DNA of 64,000 bases, taken from assembly GCA_000092065.1 (NCBI GenBank), contig CP000581.1. One strand, given 5' to 3'. A model generated the notes under the pieces. It worked only from the letters and a program-made list of their open reading frames with translations. It was not told where the DNA came from and did not search any database. A program made the translations under genes and the position numbers. Each line of letters starts with the position of its first letter. Within the stretch, counting starts at the first letter, position 1. This document shows, in pieces, positions 27,801 through 36,077 of this stretch. The DNA is from Ostreococcus lucimarinus (Eukaryota).

Positions 27801-30800
27801 GAACTCTACCGGCCTTACGTCCTGCGTTCGGTGGAGAGTTTGACGTCCACAATAAACGCGAAGTTCCAAAAAGTGTCCAAAATCGGTTCCCTGAACGTTT
27901 CACTGGTAGCTTTGGCATCGAACGAACAAAAGTTGAGCCTTTTGGAGATGAGCGAAGCGAATTCAATGCCGGAAGTGGCCGTTCTAATTGCCGAAGCCGT
28001 CGTGGACGCGCCGAGTTCGAGCTCGCCTGTGCGAATGCACGCTGTTCGTTTTGCCGTTCGCATCGCGTTGAGCGAAGCCTCGACTGATTCTCTCGTAAGA
28101 ACGTCGTGTCGAGTAGCAAAAGCTGCGATCGACTCACTGCACGCGCTCGAATCAAGAGAAGTACTCTCTGGAAGGGCACCGGACTTTGCCGCGGTGCCGG
28201 AGGCTTTGGATTTGGTTCAGAGCGTTGTGAATGATCACAGCTCGGAGGCCAGAGTGCAATTGGCGGCCTCGTTTTTAGCGCACTCGGAGTCGCTTGCGTC
28301 ATGGTATCTCACAGACGTATCCACGAAGAGCTTATCACACGATGATCTGTTCAAACTGTTGCCGCTGAGCGAACGAGCGATGTGCTGGAACGCGCTCTAC
28401 CACACTACGCCGAATGCCGAAGACTTGGCGACGGAGTACCGAAATCTCCTCATCGACGCGTGCTTCGAGGATGGTGACGTCATATCATCGTCCATATCCA
28501 ACCACGCCGTCGGAACACTGGTCTCATGCTTGCAAATCGCACCCTTCAGTGCTGATTCGTCTGAGTACGAGCGCTTCGTCGAACGCGCAACACCGCCACA
28601 GGGCTGGACCCGCGAAAGCGACATCGAAATCATTCGCGCGCAGATTGCCGTGAGGGTCTTTGTCGAGAGCGATGCACTCGACGAAAAGCTCAGGCTCGTG
28701 ACATGTCTGCTCCAATCTCTTGCGGCTTTGACACCTACCAACAAAATGATCAAGCGCGACGCTTCGGCGGAAAAATACCTCGCCGAATCCTTAACCAGAG
28801 CGCTGGATGAGATTCAACGACGACCGCTCTCGAGTCCGAGCGCGCCCGTTTTGAATCGGCTCGTAAATGCGTGCGAAGCGTTCATTTTGCAGTCTATCGC
28901 GCATAGGTTCCGCTCGCATCGACGATTTGGCGTCATCGGGCGAATTGGTGCCGTGTTAAACGAGCTCCAGTCGATCAGGACGCAAACGCACCTCGGCATG
29001 CAAACGCTCGCCGAGGGTGTCGTTTCGCAAATCGTCGCGCATCCCCTGTTCACGCGCGTTCTCACAACCGGGTCGAGTGATGACGATGCGACGTTACCCG
29101 CAAATGTTCGCGATATGCCAATCACCGTTAAGTCGATTATCGAAGTCGTCGAGGATACGTCAGCGTTTGAAACCGGCGCGGTGGCGTCAAACTCGAGTGA
29201 GTTGAAACTGGAATTGTTGCGCGTTTTGAACTCTTTCTGGAAATTACAAGATGCGAATGGGGCAAACGAGACGATCGCGTGCAGAAAGTGGCGCGCTGAA
29301 CGAGCGAACACACTCATAACGCTCGCTTCGGGATACGGCGCGACGATGAGCGAAACCGATCGCGTCGCGCAAGACTTGATGCTCGCCATCGACGCGAGCA
29401 CGGGCGGCGGCGCGTTGCGGTCGCTCGGATACCTCTGGGGCGAGTCAGTGACGCACTTCGTGAAAGCGACGATCGCAATTCGCAGAAATGAAAACGAAAG
29501 CTACGACGTCGAAGATTTGCTTTACTCCGAGCCGTCTCCAGCGCTTGTGGCGTCCGCTATTCGAGAGGGTTCGCCGCCCGATGCGCGCCGCGCGGCGGCG
29601 ACGGCTAATCGCTACCCTGTGACGCGATCAACGCCACCTTCAACGGCCATGGTGTCGGATGAAACACTCGATGAGTGCGTTTCTTTTGGATACGACCCTT
29701 CGTGGGTCCTTCCTTTTGCCCTGCGCTCGCTCATGACGGATGCCATGGATCCGCGCGAGGCGATCGCGTGGGGACTCGCCCCGCTAGCGGCGGCCGCGCT
29801 TTCATCTCACGATGAAGCCACGCGCCGAGTGGCGTACGCTATCCTATCGACGTTGGAGCATCGGGTTAGTGATCCAATGATGTCGTTCCGCGAGCGAACT
29901 CAAGTGTTGGCGTGCCTGAGCGCGATACGAAACGCGACGAGCGAGGCGTTGATTCGTTGGCCCTCGCCGAGCGCCGTGCTCACGGCTGAGTGCATGATTT
30001 CGTGTTTGTACCCCGAACTTGATACCTTCTTACCGCTTCAGAGGCAACTCAACAAGCGCGCGGCGCTCGATCTCGACGGTCTTCCCATGTTTCTTCCCAT
30101 GCTGAACAGCGGTGATGTTGACGCCAGACAGCACCGTTTTTGGATCCTTCGCTTGCTCCGAGCGTCGTTGAAGGATGACGTCGACGCCACGATGTTTCGT
30201 AAAACTTTCGCCTTGGAGGTGGTGATGAGTCATTACAGCACGACCTTAGCGGAGCCTTTCGTGCGGTTCCTCATGCTTGATCTCATCTCGCGCGCGTGCG
30301 CCGTGCAATTTGCCGCCCGACCTCTCGTCGAAGGCGGCGGTTTGATCGCTTGGTTGGCCTCTGTGGCGCGCGCGGCGTGCGTCGACGATGAGCACGGGAT
30401 TCGTTCCGGTGAATCCTCCAACTTGCGAGCGGCAACGGCAAGAAAAGCCGTTGAAGCACTTGTGGCGCTGATCCGCCAGAAAGGTTCGATTTATCTCGGT
30501 CCGACGGGTACGGCGGCGGATTATTTGTCGGCGTTGCAAACAATTCGCGGCGCCCTCTTGCGCGGCGACGCCCCGTCACACGCCGAAATCGCCAGTCGTC
30601 GCGCGGCACTCGGACCGTACTTGAAGCTTCACATAGAAATTGCGGAGCGATTACGCCGGCGCATCGCTGAAGTCGGCGATCCCGTGGAAATCGCCCGTTT
30701 GTGTCGCGCGGCGGATGAGGCGCCTAACGCGGCGGCGCTCCGAGACGACATGTTCAGAGTCGTCGTGACTTCCGAAGGCGGTGGTCAGTACGCCAAGCGG

Positions 30801-31397
30801 TGCACGCGCGAGACTTCTCGCGCACTCGCAGATGCAGTAACTTTTTCTGCTTCTTGGGCCGCCGCACACGCCGCCGATGTATCTGAGCGCGTGTCCAAAC
30901 GCGCCGGCGAGGACGCCTTCGAGGCGACGGCGCGTTGGTGCGCCAGCGCGCTCGCGAATGGGGGCGCTTCGTTCGTCAACGCGCTCATGAGCGCGCACGA
31001 GTGCGGTGGTGTCGTGCGATTTGCCAACATCATGACGGCGTGCGAACGCGCGTCGTGCGACGCCGCGCGTCGCGAGTTGCGACTCCCTTGCTTAGCCGCG
31101 CGGCTGTATCTCTTGCGCGCGGCGCAAGCCTTCGCCGACGAGTCGACGTCTGAAGCCGACGCCGCGATGAAGCGCGCGATCGCTGACGATAAAACCGACG
31201 ACTTTGTCGCCGGAGGCGCGCTCGATCGCGCCGTCGCCGCGACCGCCGCGGGAGACGCGACTGCGTTCGTCTTCGCGACGGCGCGTCTTCGCGCCGCCTT
31301 CGCAGGGGTGGGTTTCGCGCGCGCGCGCGACGACGCGAACGACGAAAACCAGCCGTCAAAGAAGAAACCCAAGAAGTCACGGGTGGCGTTGCGATGA
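24855..31397 (+). CDS. Very large (about 2180 aa) alpha-helical protein, possibly nucleolar pre-ribosomal-associated protein 1 (URB1/Npa1)-like
   Basis: Single uninterrupted 6.5-kb ORF with coding-like composition, no enzymatic motifs and a helical-repeat character. Size and architecture are consistent with URB1/Npa1, but the family is not verified. Listed start is GTG. The 5' end may lie upstream or in another exon. Confidence 0.5.
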   Translation: MNDPQTYLARSPDFADVLTIWDSYHANHAQKVCAPLLAMCGTMMTRGRDDAGEGTSTRERLALDSLARAIMTRRMRHVYGHLGSGVRVRVNAALILLAAIVGRGKRNAAELFRTFDFSLAALPKIASPPREVRDGGVSSKRKKEPSDVLAGSTRRAFCEFVLAFFSTKDRALLRPVLAQRVLFGNVARFAAGDEAEMQFRMLEVMKEDVMASDSGIPARLRAALFGDVTLEQLATIAGQSEDEESTSGRVAAMATRVLSELFTDPAHGLVPDGSTTSSKKCASVVRLLQKLRPIECDAHLKILLLACETHPLLATMYLPGAKYTLEPRLSAHWLNSASLLGRIAVAAGKDAASSAAAARLEASSVVGESEGSAFIKAVLPPGVSKQTLSKGLAHSSPIIRHGSLCLLVQVTRAVAARLTHLDAAIVDARNSGSDQIWRVEELASYARLAATTYLPEIQSIMTAYTASKGLSTSEKEATAALLARCHALNAMATQISVIPETLVDAKVDVNKLLPTNDPTSLAPAELAAVVRVLCSARGLKEAAGDDVSTTTTLIQESGVNQGHLLSVLRVVIFATSPDARASARRLAKHYLVTSGALDGRTAEADVWIDKLTSFKVDGFEYSRDVLMSCTEFLAEATTAAARRRFKHDSVIQTALKETKDNRPERYVVEDLSDDYLNAATLSVSALAVTACESIVKVLKSEKRDSAFKLSVSAYAASALMSIVQTSFDPWALASIALEAISDEVAGAYVAMGSLREFLCNCTSETVEQQLVPRSGSVPRGKRPNEWSISELSEALGHLASLSPEDRGLVLFCAHAHIPTIGFISAELACLTLYGTVNTVDENVELTTALVNSLAAADVIAACASGPRPVLGMSMTHASPAYELCSRAIAMCPLREVVRTSRALVFWCKWNHARGDAKTTSRLIELCKVVLSRARQECHDLLREVQVVLLATTAMYAILDDSTSSAVSDLVMFGAALACDGKGELYRPYVLRSVESLTSTINAKFQKVSKIGSLNVSLVALASNEQKLSLLEMSEANSMPEVAVLIAEAVVDAPSSSSPVRMHAVRFAVRIALSEASTDSLVRTSCRVAKAAIDSLHALESREVLSGRAPDFAAVPEALDLVQSVVNDHSSEARVQLAASFLAHSESLASWYLTDVSTKSLSHDDLFKLLPLSERAMCWNALYHTTPNAEDLATEYRNLLIDACFEDGDVISSSISNHAVGTLVSCLQIAPFSADSSEYERFVERATPPQGWTRESDIEIIRAQIAVRVFVESDALDEKLRLVTCLLQSLAALTPTNKMIKRDASAEKYLAESLTRALDEIQRRPLSSPSAPVLNRLVNACEAFILQSIAHRFRSHRRFGVIGRIGAVLNELQSIRTQTHLGMQTLAEGVVSQIVAHPLFTRVLTTGSSDDDATLPANVRDMPITVKSIIEVVEDTSAFETGAVASNSSELKLELLRVLNSFWKLQDANGANETIACRKWRAERANTLITLASGYGATMSETDRVAQDLMLAIDASTGGGALRSLGYLWGESVTHFVKATIAIRRNENESYDVEDLLYSEPSPALVASAIREGSPPDARRAAATANRYPVTRSTPPSTAMVSDETLDECVSFGYDPSWVLPFALRSLMTDAMDPREAIAWGLAPLAAAALSSHDEATRRVAYAILSTLEHRVSDPMMSFRERTQVLACLSAIRNATSEALIRWPSPSAVLTAECMISCLYPELDTFLPLQRQLNKRAALDLDGLPMFLPMLNSGDVDARQHRFWILRLLRASLKDDVDATMFRKTFALEVVMSHYSTTLAEPFVRFLMLDLISRACAVQFAARPLVEGGGLIAWLASVARAACVDDEHGIRSGESSNLRAATARKAVEALVALIRQKGSIYLGPTGTAADYLSALQTIRGALLRGDAPSHAEIASRRAALGPYLKLHIEIAERLRRRIAEVGDPVEIARLCRAADEAPNAAALRDDMFRVVVTSEGGGQYAKRCTRETSRALADAVTFSASWAAAHAADVSERVSKRAGEDAFEATARWCASALANGGASFVNALMSAHECGGVVRFANIMTACERASCDAARRELRLPCLAARLYLLRAAQAFADESTSEADAAMKRAIADDKTDDFVAGGALDRAVAATAAGDATAFVFATARLRAAFAGVGFARARDDANDENQPSKKKPKKSRVALR

Positions 31398-31734
31398 AGA
31401 ACCATCGCGCGCGCGGATCGCGGGTGTATCCGAGGAATTATCGCAGTATGTAGCATTAGTAGCCGCGGGACGCGCGAGTCCGGTCCTCGGTCGATTGTAC
31501 AGTATTGTATTGTATTTCTACGTAAACCACCTTCGCCGCCGTCGTCTGTGTGATTGGTGAAGACCTCGCGATCTTTTACAATGTTGTTCAAAGGAATTGA
31601 ATGCTAATAGTTTGCTCTGGCTGATATTGGCTAAGAAGACGAGCGCGCATCGCCGCGAGCGTCGCGCGCGCTTTCGCGCGCGCGCCCCGCTACGCGCGCT
31701 CGTCGTCGTAATTTAAGTACCCCGCGCGGCGCAC

Positions 31735-31977
31735 TTAAACGTTCACAACCTTTTGGATGATTTGGTTCGCGATCGCGGACGCTTGCGCATCCACTTGGCT
31801 CGCCGAATCCTTCTTCGCGGCATCCAACGCCGTCATCGCTTGCGCGATTTGCGCGTCAACCTCCGCCTTGGCCTTATCCGCGGCGGCGGCGACGTCGGCG
31901 TCCATCTTCGCCTTCATCGCCGTGACTTCGTTCGCGACTTCGGCGCGCGCGTTCGCGATGACCTTTTCCTTCTCCGC
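31735..31977 (-). CDS. ATPG: Chloroplast ATP synthase CF0 subunit b' (ATPG), exon 2 of 2
   Basis: AEKEKVIANARAEVANEVTAMKAKMDADVAAAADKAKAEVDAQIAQAMTALDAAKKDSASQVDAQASAIANQIIQKVVNV* matches the coiled-coil C-terminal region of b/b' subunits (...IVKKVLPV). It is in frame upstream of ORF 31735..31917 up to the acceptor at 31978. Confidence 0.65.
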   Translation of the reverse strand, partial: AEKEKVIANARAEVANEVTAMKAKMDADVAAAADKAKAEVDAQIAQAMTALDAAKKDSASQVDAQASAIANQIIQKVVNV

Positions 31978-32220
31978 CTATCATCGATACCAAAATTTAA
32001 CGCACACCGTCAGTCACTCGCGCTCTCGCGTCGTCGTTCCGTTCGCGCCCCGCGCGCGCCCGTTTGGATAAACCCCAAACGACCCATCTCGCCGTCGGCG
32101 ATTCGCGCCGCGCGCGCCCGCGATTCGCGCCGCCCCCCCCCCCCGGCGCGTCCCGCACAAAAAAAAACTCCTCGCGCGCGTTTCTCGCTCGCGCGCGCGC
32201 GTCGCGTCGCTCAAACGTAC
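31978..32220 (-). other. ATPG: Spliceosomal intron (243 nt) of ATPG; contains (C)12 at about 32133..32144 and (A)9 at about 32159..32167
   Basis: Donor ...GCG TTG ATC|GTACGT. Acceptor ...ggtatcgatgatAG|GCG GAG AAG. In-frame TAG at 31978..31980 means read-through is not possible. Intron length is a multiple of 3. Confidence 0.6.
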
Positions 32221-32592
32221 GATCAACGCCTCAACCTCCGCCGAGTTCCCGCCGACCGCGGCGAGCTGCGATCGAATGAGCTCGTCGCGATCGTCGAGCG
32301 CCTTCCCCACCGGCCCGAACACCGTCTTATCGAGGATCGTCATCAGCAGCAAAAATTCCGTCGCGATGATCGGCAGCGTGAGATCGAAGTCGAACAGCTT
32401 CCCCGCCTCGGCGTGCGCCGCCGGGACCGCGCACGCGATCTGCGCCGCGAGCGTCATCGCGGGGAGCTTGACGCGATCGACGACGTCGGCGACGCGCGCC
32501 TTGACGGCGGTCGCGCGCGTCGCCGCGCGCTTGCTCGGCGCGGGCGCCTTCGCGGCGGTGATTCGGATCGCGCGGGCGGCGACGAGGGACAT
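32221..32592 (-). CDS. ATPG: ATPG exon 1 (transit peptide plus membrane anchor)
   Basis: ATG at 32592 gives MSLVAARAIRITAAKAPAPSKRAATRATAVKARVADVVDRVKLPAMTLAAQIACAVPAAHAEAGKLFDFDLTLPIIATEFLLLMTILDKTVFGPVGKALDDRDELIRSQLAAVGGNSAEVEALI. GKLFDFDLTLP...FLLLM...LDDRD is the hallmark b' (atpG) motif. Joined protein is 204 aa. Confidence 0.65.
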
Positions 32593-32710
32593 CTCGTTCG
32601 TGGGCGTGCGCGTGTGTGTCGCGATCCGCCGTCGCGGCGCGACGCGTGCCTCGCGCGGGGATTCGATCGCGAGATTCGCTTCGTCCGTGTGTCGCGCGGC
32701 GTCACCGGTC

Positions 32711-32945
32711 TCGCGATCGATCGACCGTCCGCCGTCGATCGATGGCGCGACGGTCGCGCGCGCGCGTCGAACCTCGCGTCGTCGATCGACGCGCGACGTC
32801 GCGACCGCGCGCGCGACGCCGCGCGCGGGCGTTCGCGCGCGACGCCGAATCGCGACGCGACGCGACGCGGCGACGCGATGCCGCGACGCGCGGCGACGCG
32901 CGCGCGGTAGATCGATCGCCATGGCGCCGAGCCATCGATCGTCGT
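32711..32945. promoter_or_regulatory. GATCGATC palindrome clusters in the ATPG / LTD-gene divergent intergenic region
   Basis: tcgcgatcgatcgaccgtccgccgtcgatcgatggcgcg (about 32711..32750) and gtagatcgatcgccatggcgccgagccatcgatcgtcg (about 32908..32945), seen directly. Confidence 0.4.
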
Positions 32946-33385
32946 ACGGCGCGCGCGATCGCACGTACGCGTGTCGCGCGACGCTGCGGATGTGGACCGC
33001 GTGCGCGTGCTTTCCGTGCGTGGGCGAGACGCTGTGCGAGCCCGGAGACTTGGGGTATCGCGCGCGATATCTCGTGTTTCGATGCGAGCGCGCGCGCGCG
33101 ATCGGCGGACGCGCGGCGGAGATGGCGGGGGAGGACGTGCGCGGGATGGTGGAGGCGCTCGAGGACGACGTCTTCGCGTGCCGGGTGAGCGCGGGCGAGG
33201 GCGCGGTGGAAGTCGAGATTCGAGCGGGAAGTCGAGCGAGGGTGCTGATGTACGCGCTGACGCTGCGGACGGCGGACGGGCGGGGGCTGGGGTTGGAGCT
33301 GGTGGAGGAGCGACGCGCGAGTCGACGCGAGACGGTTGGGTGGTGACGTTTCCGAGGGCGCGCTCCGAGGGCTTCATAATCGAGC

Positions 33386-34042
33386 ATGCGGTGGTCGAGC
33401 GCGTGGATCGTCGCGATGTGCGTCGTCGTCGCGGAGGCGACGTCGATACCGGCTGAACCGCGCGAGGTGACGCGATACGGCGCGGCGCAGATTACTGAGA
33501 TTTCTTACGAACAACTCGACGCGGCGGACGCGACGGAGGGCGAGACCGCGGGCTCGGGGGACTGGATCGAAATTTACAACCCGAGTGAAACCGACAAAGT
33601 AGATCTCACCGGTTGGGCGTTCACCGATCGCAGCGCGCGCGCGATCGAAAAGAATCCCGAAGTCGCGGTTGGTCATTGGTTCGAGCTGCCCGAACTCGAG
33701 CTCGCCCCGAAATCGTTCGCCGTGCTCGCGCGCGACGAAATGGCGTTTCGCACAGCGTATCGCGACCGCGACAACGCGCTCGACGCGCTCGTCCGAGGGA
33801 GCTTCAAGTTTGGACTCACCGCCAAGGGCGAGACGGTTCGTCTTTTGGACGCGTCCAACGAAACCGTGTACGAGCTGACGTACGACGACAAGTCCCCGTG
33901 GCCCGACACCTCGGAAGGTGGACACAGCCTCGAGCTCATCGACGTTCGTCTAGATCCGAACGATCCGTTCAGCTGGATCAGTTCATACGAAGAGGGAGGC
34001 ACGCCGGGCGAAATCAACTCGATCGCGGTCTCGTGGGGGTAG
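33386..34042 (+). CDS. Secreted lamin-tail-domain (LTD) protein
   Basis: ATG at 33386. Signal peptide MRWSSAWIVAMCVVVAEA. Then ITEISYEQ...GDWIEIYNPSETDKVDLTGWAFTD...GETVRLLDASNETVYELTYDDKSPWP...GGHSLELID...DPFSWISSYEEGGTPGEIN matches the LTD consensus (InEi.y...eWiElyN....dLsGw.l.d...L.d..g..vD.v.Y...W....g.S.er......w.......TPG..N). Confidence 0.7.
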   Translation: MRWSSAWIVAMCVVVAEATSIPAEPREVTRYGAAQITEISYEQLDAADATEGETAGSGDWIEIYNPSETDKVDLTGWAFTDRSARAIEKNPEVAVGHWFELPELELAPKSFAVLARDEMAFRTAYRDRDNALDALVRGSFKFGLTAKGETVRLLDASNETVYELTYDDKSPWPDTSEGGHSLELIDVRLDPNDPFSWISSYEEGGTPGEINSIAVSWG

Positions 34043-34043
34043 C

Positions 34044-34111
34044 GCCGCGTAATCGAAGCCGCGTAATCGAAGCCGCGTAATCAAGCCGCGTAATCGAAGC
34101 CGCGTAATCGA
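34044..34111. repeat. Minisatellite: about 5 tandem copies of the 14-bp unit GCCGCGTAATCGAA, starting 2 nt after the LTD-gene stop
   Basis: gccgcgtaatcgaa gccgcgtaatcgaa gccgcgtaatcaa gccgcgtaatcgaa gccgcgtaatcga, seen directly. The repeated TAA gives stops in one frame. Confidence 0.85.
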
Positions 34112-34222
34112 CGCGCGTCGGTGCTCGATCGGATTCGATCTGTCTTTGAAATTCATTCTTTCATTTCGATCATCAACTAATACGTCGCGAGCGACACCGA
34201 CGCGGCGTAAATAAATGCTCCT

Positions 34223-35074
34223 CTACTTGATGGACGACCCCGAAGGCGTCTCTGGCGCCGTGCACTCACCCGCGGCGCACGCGAGCACCTTGTCGTCGTA
34301 CACCGCCTTGCCATCCTTCACGACGAGCTTTTCCTTAACGGCATCCCAAAACTTACTCTTGCACTCCTTCGGGTACGTCTCCGACGCGGTCATCCCCGTC
34401 GGCGTCACCGGCGCGCCGACTTCGGCGCCCTCGGGCGCGCGCACGAGCTTCACCTTCGTCTCGCCGTCAACCTCGAACTCCGTGGCCAGAATCATCGCCT
34501 CGGACGTTTGCCCCGCCAACTTCGCCACCTTCAAGTTCAAAATCGTCAGCACCAAAGCGTCCTTCAGTTCGCTCTCCGGGACAAACTTGCGCAACCCCGT
34601 GACGACTTGCCTCGGGTTCTCTTCGCCGCAGTCCACCTTGCACAGATACAATTTATCGCTATTCTCCACGCGTCCCACCTCGATCACGCGTCCGACGACG
34701 AGTTTCGCCTTTTCCATCGGATCCGCGTCCACCGCCGCCGCCGCCGCCGGTCTCTTCTCCTTCTTCTCCTTCTTCTTCCCGCCCTCGCTCGCGTCGCTCG
34801 CGGGCCTCCGCACCCCCTCCCCCCTCGGCTTGATCACCGGGTTCAGCATCGCCACGATGTACTCGCACGTCTGATCGAACGCCTCGGGCATGGGATTGTT
34901 CGCCTCGAACGGTTTCGTCATCACGTATCCCGTGCGCTCGCACGTCACGCGCGTCACGCCCCGCGGCGGCGCGCGCGCGATCGGATCGGCGCGCGCCGTC
35001 GCGTCGACCGCGCGCGTCGTCGCGGGCGCGCCGGCGCCGAGCAAAGCGTCGGCGAACGCGGACATCGTTTCCAT
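34223..35074 (-). CDS. tRNA-binding (Myf/EMAP-II-like) domain protein, Arc1p/AIMP1(p43) family
   Basis: ATG at 35074. Lys-rich linker KKKEKKEKR. Then an OB-fold tRNA-binding domain: KLVVGRVIEVGRVENSDKLYLCKVDCGEENPRQVVTGLRKFVPESELKDALVLTILNLKVAKLAGQTSEAMILA. Confidence 0.7.
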   Translation of the reverse strand: METMSAFADALLGAGAPATTRAVDATARADPIARAPPRGVTRVTCERTGYVMTKPFEANNPMPEAFDQTCEYIVAMLNPVIKPRGEGVRRPASDASEGGKKKEKKEKRPAAAAAVDADPMEKAKLVVGRVIEVGRVENSDKLYLCKVDCGEENPRQVVTGLRKFVPESELKDALVLTILNLKVAKLAGQTSEAMILATEFEVDGETKVKLVRAPEGAEVGAPVTPTGMTASETYPKECKSKFWDAVKEKLVVKDGKAVYDDKVLACAAGECTAPETPSGSSIK

Positions 35075-35438
35075 CGAGCGCTCGAGCGGGTTCGCGGTCG
35101 GGCGGCGCGCGCGCGAGTGCGACGCGCGCGCGCCGCGCCGCGCGCGAGGTCGGCGAGTTTTGAGTCGTCGCGACGCGCGCGTCGCGCGGGCGTCGCGGTC
35201 GTCGCGCGGGCGCGTCGCGCGCGTCCGCGCGACGCGACGCGAAAAAAATCGATAAAGAACACATCACCGGATCGAGTGACGCGCGCGCGAACGCCGCGTC
35301 GAGCGCGTCGTCACGGGCGCGGTGGACGGCGCGGAGCGTTTCTGGCGAAAACGCCCGCGCGGAGACGCGACGCGACGGGCGCGCGCGGCGCGAGGCGGCG
35401 CACGACGACGCGCGACGACGCGCGCGCGAGGGGTGAAG

Positions 35439-36029
35439 ATGGCGAACGATCCGTACGAACCGGACGACGCGTCGGACAGCGACGAGGACGCGCGCGAGCG
35501 ACGCGAGAGGGATGCGAGAGCGCGATTCGAGCGCGACGTCGAGGACGAGCTGGGCGACGCGACGGACGTCGACGAGCGATCGTGGGAGGGGTTTTGGCGA
35601 CGCGCGACGGCGGAGAACGCGGCGAAAATGCGGCGGGCGGGATTGGATCCGAATAAAGCGGAGAGCAAGGTGAAGTTCGGGAGACACGGGGAAAAGTTGG
35701 AGAAGGGGAAGTGCGCGACGACGCTTTGCTTTGGGTGCGACGCGCGGTGCGACGAGACGTTTGAGTGCGCGCAGTGCTTGGAAATTTATCGAGCGCGGGC
35801 GAAGAAAGTGGCGTTCGACGCTTGGGAGCGCGCGTTCTTTTGTTCGTGCAAGTGCTACATCGCGAATTGGGATGAGCATCGGCGGCGGCACGGGCCGAGC
35901 ACCGCGGGGCCGACGAAGATGGACGGCGCAGTGCACGAGTTTGAGGCGCCGCCCGGGCTCGGTGCGCTTTGGCACGGATCGGATTTGCGACGATTGGAGT
36001 TTGAAGAGTGCGCACCTATGATGTATTGA
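35439..36029 (+). CDS. MYND-type zinc-finger protein with acidic N-terminus
   Basis: ATG at 35439 (in frame within ORF 35322..36029). CFGCDARCDETFECAQC...FFCSCKCYIANWDEHRRRHG fits the MYND C-x2-C-x(7-8)-C-x2-C...C-x-C-x(5)-W-x2-H-x3-H/C pattern. Confidence 0.5.
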   Translation: MANDPYEPDDASDSDEDARERRERDARARFERDVEDELGDATDVDERSWEGFWRRATAENAAKMRRAGLDPNKAESKVKFGRHGEKLEKGKCATTLCFGCDARCDETFECAQCLEIYRARAKKVAFDAWERAFFCSCKCYIANWDEHRRRHGPSTAGPTKMDGAVHEFEAPPGLGALWHGSDLRRLEFEECAPMMY

Positions 36030-36077
36030 GATCACGGCGGCGCCTAGGGCTATCGTTCGCTACGTTGTGTGAGTCTA

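Noticed and set aside
31753-33456. Multiple 300-450-aa Arg-rich ORFs on both strands (31753..32910 +, 32276..33346 +, 32454..33377 -, and the upstream part of 32014..33387 -)
   Set aside because: Only 32221..32592 (ATPG exon 1) is supported by homology. The rest is translation of the GC-rich ATPG intron and the ATPG / LTD spacer.
34508-36035. 382-aa + and 458-aa - ORFs
   Set aside because: Antisense or overlapping to the tRNA-binding-domain and MYND genes. Arg/Gly-rich with no homology.
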